From NCBI RefSeq assembly GCF_006345805.1, contig NC_043001.1:75082001-75146000 (forward strand): DNA of 64,000 bases. Direction: 5' to 3'. Below are positions 1-64,000 of the stretch, piece by piece (the stretch's first letter is position 1; the number at the start of each line of letters is the position of its first letter). Position numbers and translations under genes: made by a program. This stretch comes from Octopus sinensis (Eukaryota). The notes under the pieces are model-generated. The model saw only the letters and a list, made by a program, of their open reading frames with translations, was not told where the DNA came from and did not search any database.

Positions 1-27
1 TAATCGACAGAATGGCATATATGTGTG

Positions 28-72
<45 letters not shown>

Positions 73-855
73 ATAATATATATATATATAGATGTAGTGG
101 ATCTTGAAAGCATGAAGTGGATTCGATCCACCATAGCCAAATTTAAATTAACATTGCAACAGAACTTTTCCCACGGTGGAACAATGGTTTTTCTCTGACA
201 GCAGTTTTACATTTTCTAGATGTCTTTAGCTAGGCCTAAATAATGTCTTCACCACTTGATTCTTTCTAACCTCTTCTACTTCACCAAAAGCTAGAATAGA
301 GATAACAAGACCACCAACTAAATCTATTGTTCTCAGTGATATATCTATCCTTCTGGATAGTTATAAAAGCAAGCACACCCCAAGGAAAAATTAGTTAGTC
401 ACAGTAAGTGACGACTCAACGAAGTAGTCACTTGGCGACAACCGAGCGAAGCAGCTCGTGATGACTCAGTTAGTTAGGGAACAGACTGGTAGACTCATGA
501 TCACAAGGAATGCCTCTACAAAAGATAATGGTCAGCGAGAGAAATGAAATTTACTGTCAGCAACTGTGAGACAACACCCTACAACTCTCACTAGTTCTAA
601 TTCTGTTCTCTTACAACATCATTCTATCTCTCTCCGCAATTACTACTAAACAATGAAGAGAACCCAAACACAAACTTTACTTCGCGTGCTTTGGATTTAT
701 CATAACCTACCCGTCGAGGCAAGGTATTGTAACGTAACGGAAATAAATAGTTTCTTAAAACTTCATGCATTGTCCATCTTTTACAACTTGCCGTCATAAC
801 AACAATTTTTTATCGTTACAATTGGTGACCCTCGACTTCAACTAAAAACTTTACC

Positions 856-911
<56 letters not shown>

Positions 912-1068
912 ATATATATATATATATATACATATGTATACACTCACACATGCGCATGCACACACACACGCGCATGCACACACGTGCGCATGCACACACA
1001 CACGCGCATGCACACACACACATGCAATGAAGATGTGCTAAGATACATGTAATAAATATGATACATAC

Positions 1069-54168
<53,100 letters not shown>

Positions 54169-54859
54169 TTTAAAGCAGTTCCTTTTGTGAAATGCAACTT
54201 GTGCATTAGTATATTACATATAAATAATAACTGGTGAGAAAATAAACTTATGTTTTGTTGTTATCAGTTGTGAATTGCTTTATCGTTTTCTCAATTAGTT
54301 TTATCAATTGCATTACATGAAGACGATCCTTGTTAATTGACTGTAATAGATTGGTTTATCTCATACCCACCCTCTTGACCAATAAAAGTAACTTGTTTTA
54401 TGGAGACATCTTTTCCTTTTTCCTTTTTTAAAAAAATAAAAAATTCAAAGTACCACTTGACTTTAGTCTGAGCTGATAAGCAATACTTACAAGTAGTCGT
54501 TGCTAAACAGGAAAAAAAGTCAACAAATACCTAAGTAAAAGAAAAACTATAGCTCATTACAGTGCCTTCCACAATAAAAATCATGAGGAATTTGATGTGA
54601 CACATACATAAATTTATAAGGCGAATAGGATTATGTGACACCCATGCCTTTCTAACAACTATTGTTAATGCCTAAAAGGAGAAGATAAGAATTGGATATT
54701 GATGCATAAATTGACAGGAAGTTTATTTTGAATATATGATGACCACCTCTAAGACATTATTTGGAAGAAGATGAAAACAACAACAACAATAATAATAATA
54801 TTGTAACAACACAATTAAATGCTGAGTTTATATTGTAAAAAAAAGTAATAATAATAATA

Positions 54860-55414
54860 GCCCTGATGCAGTACCAGGCAGTGGCTCTCGTGGTTTCTGA
54901 TCTTAACCGAGTGGAAGTGTTATCATGTATATTGTTTTGTCTTGGTATAAAAGATGGGCTACAGCAAATATTCTGCTCAATGCCACAGATCTGCTTGTGA
55001 GTTGTTTGACCGTAACCAGTTGAGCATGTCCCTTAGTGGCTGACGATATGTGCATCTCTAATAACGAGCAGAAGTAGTGGGAGGTGCATCATAGCCATAT
55101 GTTGAGAGGGATTCTTTGGGGTTTGAATAAATCACCACAGGAAACATGTCTGTTTCGTTCAACATCCTTAAACAATCTTTATTCAGGTACCTTTTGAGCG
55201 GAATGGGTTACTCGATCAGAAGAAAATTCTAACTGGGCCCCACCTGCAATGTCATGTGCCGTTTATCTTGATATGAGATCACCATGTCGCACACATATGG
55301 TTGTGATGCATGTGCCTAGTGTACCCTTATCAGACGAGTAGTCATGATGGGTATACTGGGCTTCGTATATTTTACCCCAGTGTCCCTTTGATGGCATGCA
55401 CTGCTCTCTCACTC
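54860..55414 (+). mobile_element. ~0.55 kb non-coding element embedded in (TAA)n
   Basis: GATGCAGTACCAGGCAGTGGCTCTC...CTCTCTCACTC|AATAAT; homologous to 37673-38183, 59221-59744, 59857-60310 and fragment 38431-38487. Confidence 0.85.
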
Positions 55415-55469
55415 AATAATAATAATAATAATAATAATAATGATGATGATGATGATGATGATAATAATG

Positions 55470-55970
55470 ATAAGGATGCTAAAAATAAAATAATAGGGAT
55501 AAATGCGCTAGCCATACCAGTCATAAAGTATAGCTTTAACATAGTAAACTGGAAGTTAAGTGAATTGAGAAACTTAGATAGAAAAATTAGAACACTACTA
55601 ACAGCGTACCGAAGTCAACACCCCAAAGCAGGTGCAGGCAGAATATATCTCCACCGCTCAGAAGGAATCGGTGACCTGATACAGATAGAAAACTACTATA
55701 AAATAACAACAATTGGACTAGCAAAGAACTTAGAAACAAAGAGGGGGAAACTACTGCATGTACTAAAGTAGCATGAGAAAACAAAAACGCTTTTCTCTAT
55801 ACATAAGGAGGCGACAAAATACAAAACAGAAGCAAACTGCACTAACACACTGACCTCAGATAACAACATAGCAGAAATGGTCAGAGAGCCAAAAAACAAC
55901 AACATGAAAACTGAATTACAAAAGATACTGAAGAAGAAATGGAGAAAAAAATCACTTCATCGCCAGTAAC
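55470..55970 (+). mobile_element. R4/Dong-type LINE internal fragment (post-RT region)
   Basis: INALAIPVIKYSFNIVNW..SELRNLDRKIRTLLT...HPKA...RIYL.RSEG; starts directly after (TAA)n/(TGA)n. Confidence 0.8.
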
Positions 55971-56287
55971 CTGAAAGGCTTGACAGAGTAAAGCATGTGT
56001 AAAATTTGAATGAAATCTTTTGGGTAGTTCTCGAGTTTTAGTGATGTACGTATACAGACACACAGACAGATAGGCAGCTCAGACATACAGGCAGGCACAT
56101 TCTTAGTTTTATATATATATATTAATATATATATATTGTTTGATAAATTCGTTCGAAATTTTTACCGGCATCCTCTCTGTCGCCGGCTATGATTTGCGTC
56201 TGCGCAGGGGTTTGAAAAGTTAGGATTTACAAACCGTTAGATCTACATGTGGATCTAGCAGTCTGCACGTCAGGATTATTAAGGCTG

Positions 56288-56357
56288 TCCCACTGAAGAA
56301 ACTTGCCTTCGGCGAATATTTTTTTGCTGGAAATAGTTAGAAACCGTCGATCTGGGA
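56288..56357 (+). ncRNA. Hammerhead-like motif, partly decayed
   Basis: TCCCA-CTGAAGA-AACT...AGTT-A-GAAACCGTCGATC-TGGGA; 5-bp stem I, one bulge and one stem III mismatch. Confidence 0.5.
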
Positions 56358-56638
56358 TATAGTTGAGATAGTAAATGTTTTTAATTTTCATTCCTTTCGT
56401 GAATTTATCCCTTTTTTGTGTTCTAGCAGAACGCTTTCCTATTTGGAAGCCTTTTATTGTATTTATATATTGATATATATGTGGGAATGCTGTACACTGT
56501 AATATTTGCCTTTTGAGGTCATCTCATATAGACGCATGGTGCATAAAAGCATGCATTCAGCGTTCTTACTAAACATCCACGTCAAGTTCCATATAAAGAT
56601 TGCTTTTTGGTATTGTTACTGCTCATGTTACTAATAGT

Positions 56639-56678
<40 letters not shown>

Positions 56679-57231
56679 TGTCAGTGTATGTGTGCACATA
56701 CATACATATACATACACACATGCATATATATATATATGTGTGTGTGTGTGCGTGTGTGTGTGTGGTTCATAGTGTTAACATTTTTATAAGCGTAAGAACT
56801 GTAAAGTGTGGAGTCAGATATTATGAATAATGTTTTTGACTGTGACTTAGTAGTGTGATTAGCAGCTAACCTCCCAGCCACAATGAAATGTTAGAAATTG
56901 CATTCTTATATAAAACATAGTTTTATAAAGATACAGAATACAGTGACTATCCTAAATGTTATGATAAAAACCTCGAAGATTAAATAACCTCCAAGTTTAA
57001 CAATTAAGAATTCCGTCTGATCTTGAGGCTTCTGTTTAAGAGAATTGAAACTTAAGACGATAAAATGAAACACAAATAAAGGGAAAAAATAGAACGCATA
57101 AAAGTAGAGACGATGGAAGATAAAACGAAATGGGCGGATAATAAGTTATCCGTATCAGACCATTTTAAAGAGCAGAGATGTTAATTATTGGTATCCACTG
57201 AGGACTGTAATGAAATTGCCGCGCTACTCAC

Positions 57232-57335
57232 CTAAGTAATTATATCAAGCAGGATTAATGTCATTATGTCTGCATTACGTTCAAATGTCTCTACTGTTAC
57301 AGGTAGACCAGTTTGTTTCTCTTCGATTTATATTT
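57232..57335 (-). promoter_or_regulatory. Possible non-coding first exon and core promoter of the SRCR gene
   Basis: Strong donor TAG|GTGAGT at 57231; TATAAAT at 57332-57326 and an Inr-like ACAGT at 57297-57293 on the minus strand; all three frames are closed before the donor. Motifs only, and the TATA-Inr spacing is slightly long. Confidence 0.3.
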
Positions 57336-57516
57336 TAACGTTAAAAATTTATTTGATCTTCGAAGAAATACCATTCTGAATTTCTACTTAATAATGCATG
57401 GATGTGTGTTATGTGTGCATGTGTGTGTGTGTATGTGTGTATGTGTGCGCGCGTGTGTGAGTGTGTTCGCTCGCGCGCGTGTATATACACGCGCGCGAGC
57501 GAACACACTCACACAC

Positions 57517-57678
<162 letters not shown>

Positions 57679-58029
57679 TATATATATAGCAGTGGAGGCA
57701 CATGGCTGAGTGGTTAGAGCGTCGAGCTTACGACCGTGAGGTTGTGAGTTCGATTTCCGGACCGGGCTGCGTGTTGTGTTCTTGAGCAAGTTCACTCAGA
57801 TGTAGAAATGAGTTGCTACATCACTGGTGCCAAGCTGGCATGGCGACTGCTGGCCTTCCATAAAAACCTTTCCCGGACTTGTGCCTCGGAGGGTAACTTT
57901 CTAGGTGCTATCCCATGGTCATTCATGACCGATGGGGGTCTCTTCATACATATAGTAACGTTTATGTGCCACCATAACGTGATAGTTCCATAAATGACGA
58001 TGCTACTGTTGTTTTATTCCCAGGAAAAC

Positions 58030-59060
58030 ATATTTTCCAGCTGGCTATCGACAAAGTATATGTCAGAATTTAGTATTTGCAAGGGACGTCATCGCTTACA
58101 GGACATCAGAGGCAACAACAAATCTATGGGAGGAGTTACATTACTTTTATCAGGAGACCTTTGACAGATATTACCAGTCATCTTGAGACGAACAAGATCT
58201 GATGAAATAAAGGCATGCATTAAATCTTCACACCTATAGAATAAAGTCCTGAAATTCCCCTTCAATACTAACATGCGAGCTTCATTACATGGGGACCAAT
58301 GTGCAAAACAGAAGTCAACTTGGCTACTCCAATTAGGAAATGGGAAAGTACCATTTGATGGGAATGGTGATATCAGTTTGGCTCACATTGTTATCATGGT
58401 GAACTCCACAGCTAAATTGAAGAACAGGGTATTGCCAGAATTATGAAATAATTATAATTCACATAAATGGTTGTGTGAAAGGGCAATTCTTACTCTAAAA
58501 GCGAGACAGTAGCAAGGATTAACCATGAACTAATGAATAAGATTCTAACTGTCATTAAGAAGTACAAATCAACTGATTCAGTCCTTGATGAAAATCAAGC
58601 TATCCATTGCCCAACAGAGTCCCTTATTTCTCTTGAGCCACCTAGAAGTCCTCCACATAAACTTTTTCTGAAGGTAGGAATCACAATAATGCTTCTAAGA
58701 AATTCAGACCCTCCTATATTATGCAGTGGAACAAGGTTGATTGTGAACACATTACCACCTAATGTGACAGAAGCTACCATCATCAATGGATGTGCCTCTG
58801 GGGAAGAAGTTTTCATTCCAAGAATTCCAATCAAAACAACAGACATGTCATTTGAATTCAAACGAACACAATTCCCAATGCGACTTTGCTTGCAATGTCT
58901 ATTAATAAAGCTCAAGGTCAGTCTTTGAAATTTGCTGGCTTGATTTTCTCATGGTCAACTTTATGTTAGTTACTCCAGGGTAGGTAGTTTGCAAGACCTA
59001 TTTGCCTATGCTCCAAACCAGAAAACAAAGAATGTTGTTTACCCAGAAGTTCTTACATAA
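58030..59060 (+). pseudogene. Helitron PIF1-family helicase remnant
   Basis: GGVTLLLSGD.*QILPV, PPHKLFLKVG.TIMLLRN.DP..LC.GTRL.V, GEEVFIPRIP, FKRTQFP.RL and KNVVYPEVL; contains stops and frameshifts. Confidence 0.88.
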
Positions 59061-59127
59061 TTTCTTTCAACATATGTGGTAGAATTTATCTCCTCTCATA
59101 AAAGTGGTAAATTTTGTATTTTCGTTA

Positions 59128-59164
<37 letters not shown>

Positions 59165-59220
59165 TATTATTATTATTATTGTTATTATTGTTATTTTTAT
59201 TTCTTTTTACTATTATTATT

Positions 59221-59744
59221 GAGTGAGAGAGCGCTGCATGCCATCAAAGTGACACTGGGGTAAAATATACGAAGCCCAGAATACCCATTATGACTAGCTG
59301 TCTGATAAGGGCGCGCGACATGGTGATCTCATATCAAGATAAACGGCGCATAACCTTGCAGGTGCGGCCCAGTTAGAATTTTCTTCTGGTCGAGTAACCC
59401 ATCCCGCTCAAAGGGTTCCTGGATAAGGCTTGTTTAAGGGTGTTGAACGAAACACCCATGTTTCCAGAGGTGAATTATTCAAACCCCAACGAATCTCTCT
59501 CAACACACGGCTATGATGCTCCCCCACTACTTCTGCTCGTGATCAGAGATGCACATATCGTCAGCAACTAAGGGACATGCTCAACTGGTTACGGTCAAAT
59601 AGCTGACAAGTAAGTCTGTGCTACTGAGCAGAATATTTACTGTAGTCCATCTTTTATACCAAGACAAAACAATGTTCATGATAACACTTCCACTCAGTTA
59701 AGATCAGAAGCCACGAGAGCCACTGCCTGGTACTGCATCAAGGC
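59221..59744 (-). mobile_element. ~0.5 kb (TAA)n-embedded element, copy
   Basis: Reverse-complement copy flanked by (TTA)n and (TTC)n/(TTA)n. Confidence 0.85.
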
Positions 59745-59769
59745 ATTTCTTCTTCTTCTTCTTCTTCTT

Positions 59770-59856
<87 letters not shown>

Positions 59857-60308
59857 GAGTGAGAGAGCAGTGTATGCCATCAGAGTGACACTGGGGTAAA
59901 ATATACGAAGCCCAGTATACCCATCATGACTACCTGTCTGATAAGGGTGCACCAGGCACACGCATCACAACCATATGTGTGCGCCATGGTGATCTCATAT
60001 CAAGATAAACAGCGCATGACCTTGCAGATGGGGCTCAGAATCTTCTTCAGTTCGAGTAACCCATGCTGCTCAAAAGGTTCTTGAATAAAGATTGTTTAAG
60101 GATGAGGAACGAAACACCCATGTTTCCAAGGGTGAATTAATCAAGCTCCAAAGAATTCCTCTCAACACATGGCTATGATGCTCTCCCACTATTTCTGCTC
60201 GTGATCAGAGATGCACATATCATCAGCCCCCAAGGGACATGCTCAACTGGTTAAGGTCAAACAACTGACAAGCAAATCTGTGGTAGCAACTAACAAGCAA
60301 ATCTCTGG

Positions 60309-60310
<2 letters not shown>
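59857..60310 (-). mobile_element. (TAA)n-embedded element, 5'-truncated copy
   Basis: Starts mid-element with a short local duplication; (TTA)n on both sides. Confidence 0.8.
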
Positions 60311-60374
<64 letters not shown>

Positions 60375-60375
<1 letters not shown>

Positions 60376-60948
60376 TATGTTTGACTTTTGCTTTATATTT
60401 GTAAAAGTTGGCTCCAAGTCTCACCCAGAGACCTCAAGAGACAACAGGTTGGAAGTTCATGTTGTTGTTATGCCTAGTGTGCCATATATTTGGGGGGGGG
60501 GAGTTTTTGGTGTTGTACTAATGAATGTCTAAAAAAAAAAATTTTTTTTTCTTTTTAAAACCGGAAATTATGTTTGTTTTAAACCTTGAGATTACATAGA
60601 AAGTATTTTGCGTAGGATATGAGCAGTTCCCATGAGCACTATCTTTTGAATTTCTGCCATTTTTGGGTTTCCTGGTATCTGAGTTAGGTAGCTATCAGCC
60701 CCTTTTGCTATCATTCCCAGGGCACCTATGACAACAGGTATTGTTTTAGTCTTCAGGTTCCACATTTTGCTGATTTCTATTTCAAGATCTTTATATTTGC
60801 TCAGTTTTTGGTAGGTCTTGACAGATACGTTTATATCGATTGAGACAGTCATATCAATGAGGAGGCATGTTCTTTGTTTGAAGTCTTTCAATATGATGTC
60901 TGGCCTATTTGCATCTATCTTTCTGTCAGTTTGAATGGTGAAGTTCCA
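60375..60948 (-). mobile_element. R4/Dong-type LINE 3' fragment
   Basis: ORF 60592-60891 ...KLSKYKDLEIEISKMWNLKTKTIPVVIGALG...ILRKILSM; 3' end in (TTA)n. Confidence 0.88.
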
Positions 60949-61384
60949 TTCTTCTTCTTCTTCTTCTTCTTCTTCTTCTTCTTCTTTCTTCTTCTTCTTC
61001 TTCTTCTTCTTCTTCTTCTTCTTCTTCTCTTCTTCTTCTTCTTATTATTATTATTATTATTATTATATTATTATTATTATTGTTATGAATTCAGAATTGA
61101 TTTCGCAATCATAGAATAAATTGTATCTCAACTGAAGAATAAATTGAATTTAGAATAACAAATTTCTATGCAAAATATTTTGCTTTTTTTTTTCTCCCAA
61201 TATATAAGGAAAAATTTCATTCCCGGGCAACGCCGGGTACCTCTGTAAGTATATATATGCAGCGAGTTCGGGCTAAATTTGATACTTTGCATTAAACGAA
61301 AAGAAAAACAATATCCCATTCACAATTAAAAGTATTTAATTTTTTTTTTAAATGTCAACTAGATTGTAGATTGAAGATAAATGT

Positions 61385-61850
61385 GTACTCAAAGTAGCCG
61401 CCGTTAGCTTCCACCATGGCCCCAAGATTACTCTGGAACCTGCTTCATACTTTTTTCACCGTGTCTCTGTGAAGATCTTAGAACTCCTCTTGGATTTTGG
61501 TCACCATCCCGGCCTTGCAGTTGCAAGTAGGGTGGTTGCTGTCTTTCTCAACCATTGTAACCCATGTGATAACAATCGGAGGACTTAGCAGGCCAGAAAT
61601 TGGGTCTGGTGAACTCGGGGGAATTCTCCGACCACCACTTCTAACATTTTCAAAAGGTATGACAAGGAAATATATCCTGCTGCCACAGTAGTAACCGTCT
61701 TCAACCAGCGTTAGATCCCAGTGTCCAGTAGCTTCACGTAGCCCTCTCAATCGAGCCCAGGACTCTGTTCAAATGTATTATGGGCAGTATGACGTCATCA
61801 TCACTAGAAGCACATCTAAAGACCTACTGGTCTCAGCTTCGCTTCTCCAT
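61385..61850 (-). mobile_element. maT-like transposase C-terminal fragment
   Basis: Decayed FWP..S.DC and KIQEEF.DLHRDTVKKV.SRF...VEANGGYFE. Confidence 0.55.
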
Positions 61851-61851
61851 A

Positions 61852-61909
<58 letters not shown>

Positions 61910-62041
61910 TCTTTCTGTTAGCTACTTATGACGTTATATCATATAACGTTTTTTTAAACAATATTAATAGCGTTCTGTCTATCGCTATACAAATCCATCA
62001 TTTTTTGCTAAAATGTCTTATTGACGAGTTTCGTTTTTTTC

Positions 62042-62127
62042 ACTTTCCTGAGGAGAAGATTGCATTGTTTATACCATTTATTCTTTTGAATAGTATCAGT
62101 GGAATTTTCGAAACATGTGTCGAAAGT
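62042..62127 (+). ncRNA. Minimal type I hammerhead ribozyme, intact
   Basis: Stem I ACTTTC/GAAAGT, core CTGAGGA, stem II GAAGATT/AATTTTC, GAAAC-ATGT-GTC; predicted cut after 62121. Confidence 0.85.
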
Positions 62128-62377
62128 AAAAATATTTGATTACACCTGCGTTAACTCCATTTTTTATTCATATTATTCAAAATATTCAACGTAAACACGA
62201 AGTTTCTACCTTTATAAACAAGGAGTTACAACACTTTTACTTGTGAGATTTTTTCTGCCCTGGTAACTATTTATTTATTTTTCCGTGTTAATTGTTAACA
62301 AGGTAAAAATACACTCATCTATTTATAATACTTTAATCAGGTTTATTAATAACCTGCTAACTGAATAGTTACAGCAT

Positions 62378-64000
62378 ATGGAGTTATTGAATATTAACGC
62401 ATCTCTTAAGGACATTCCTATTCCACCTAAGAATGTTTTCCTTAAACAACTTGTCAATAAGATAAATTCATTCATCAACCGAATAAGATGGCTTACCTTT
62501 TTCTTTGACAAAAATGACACTCAACAACACACTAATGATAAAACATATGAGTTCAACAAGTTATTTAAATCTAAAAATAGTCCGCCGCCTAACCCAAGAT
62601 TGAAGCAATTTGAAGATGATCTCTGGTCCATTGTGAGAAATGTAAAATTTCAACGATCACCACTAAGAAATAAACATCTGAGGTATCTTCGCAACATCAC
62701 CAAAGAAATCAATTCTATGGATACTATGTTGGTTCAATCTGATAAGACTGGAAATCTGTACAAACTTTATAAAGACTATTATTTGGAATTACTTAAAAAA
62801 GAAATTCAGAGAAAGTATAAAATTGCTGATAAAAGAATACTTAAGAAAGCCAACATTGAGGCTATGAAAATCATGGAGAAATATAACTTACAAATGAAGA
62901 CAGAACCACTTGTTCCTAAGCAACCTCGGTTCATTTTGTAGGATCACTAACCAAATTTTTTTACTAACCCATCATTAAGGCTTATCTGCCCTTCTAGCTC
63001 TGACATCGGTATCCTTAGTAAAAATATACTAGATAAATATATTCCTAATTTAATCAAAACATTAAAACTTAGTTTATGGACTAATTCGTTTGAAGTAGTT
63101 GACTGGTTTAGTTCTATTAACAATAAGGTGAGTACTAAGTTTATCCAGTTTGATATTTCCAATTTTTATTCATCTATCAATCCAATAGTACTTAATAAGG
63201 CACTTTGGCTTGCTCATAACAAAGCTAGTCTCACCCGAGAAGAAATTAAAGTTGTTTTGGCAGCCAGAAGATCTATTATTAAATTTGATGATAAGTTGTG
63301 GGTCCGTAAAGACACACCAGATAGTTTCGATATACCAATGGGAAGTTCTGATTCAGCACAGATAGCTGATTTGGTCTGTATATATATTCTTTTTGAAATG
63401 GCAGAAGAGTTCCCTAACATTTATGGAGGTCTATATCGGGATGATTGTTTACTTTACCTCCAAAATGTTTCCAACCAAACGGTACAAAATGTTAAGAATA
63501 GTGTAGTTAATTTTTTCAGTAGAATGGGCTTAAAAATCGTTTTTGATGACGATATGACGAAGGCCAACTTTTTAGATATTACGCTTAATTTACACAGTGA
63601 CTCTTACCTCCCATATCGTAAACCGTTGACCAATCTTAAGTACATTAGCAAATTTAGTAATCATCCTGGAGCAATTACTAAGAACTTAGTTAAGAATATT
63701 TCATTTAGATTATCTAAATTATCTGCTAATGTTGATATTTTCAATAATAACGCTGAATTCTATAACTCTGCCTTAATCAAAGCAGGTTATACAGAGAAAA
63801 TTTTCTACATAGATTCTGCTCAGTCTAATTGTAAATTCAATAATGTAGATAAGATTTCTAGTCGTAAAAGAATTATTGATAACAAACATAACTTACGCAC
63901 CGATACAAAGCGAATGAAGGCAGATAACCCTTATTTAATCCCCTATTATCGATCTAAAAGTAAATATAACACCTTCAAAAGTAATTACGCTATGAATACT
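62378..64000 (+). mobile_element. Penelope-like element reverse transcriptase ORF (young, two nonsense codons, runs off window)
   Basis: SLKDIPIP, SDKTGNLY, L*DH*PNF..NP..RLI.P, FIQFDI..FY.SI, FDIPMGS, GLYRDD (YRDD at 63434-63445), NFLDITLNL and SNHP; the frame is open from 62951 to 64000. Confidence 0.9.

Noticed and set aside
57232-57264. MTLILLDIIT as first coding exon
   Set aside because: It ends in TAG at the donor and would need a 1-nt insertion. Kept only as a possible non-coding exon; worth checking in reads.
57692-57770. tRNA-like sequence
   Set aside because: No closed acceptor stem, and it continues into the SINE family C body, so it is a SINE head.

Overview
AT-rich, microsatellite- and transposon-dense eukaryotic DNA. 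The repeat families look like those of an Octopus/coleoid cephalopod genome, but that assignment is inference from repeat recognition only. Most of the window (about 1-54.2 kb) is occupied by one minus-strand gene that the ORF track does not show as a unit. I assembled 13 GT-AG coding exons by hand. They splice into one open frame of 1691 nt (563 codons + 2 nt): a signal peptide (MLSICTLVLFAIIYGASG) followed by five complete and one half group-A scavenger receptor cysteine-rich (SRCR) domains, each split over two exons. The gene continues beyond coordinate 1. The N-terminal domains are strongly remodelled (SRCR1 has a re-wired cysteine set; SRCR3 has lost both partners of one disulfide), while the C-terminal ones are canonical. 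Introns and upstream DNA hold tRNA-derived SINEs (some as head-less multimers), mariner and maT (DD37D) relics, Helitrons, an RTE tail, R4/Dong-type LINE fragments, and a companion ~0.5 kb element that always sits in (TAA)n. At least seven hammerhead-ribozyme-like motifs are present. Three lie on the pre-mRNA strand around coding exons 8-9, and one intact motif precedes a young Penelope-like reverse transcriptase ORF that runs off the right edge. No CRISPR array, rRNA or true tRNA gene was seen.
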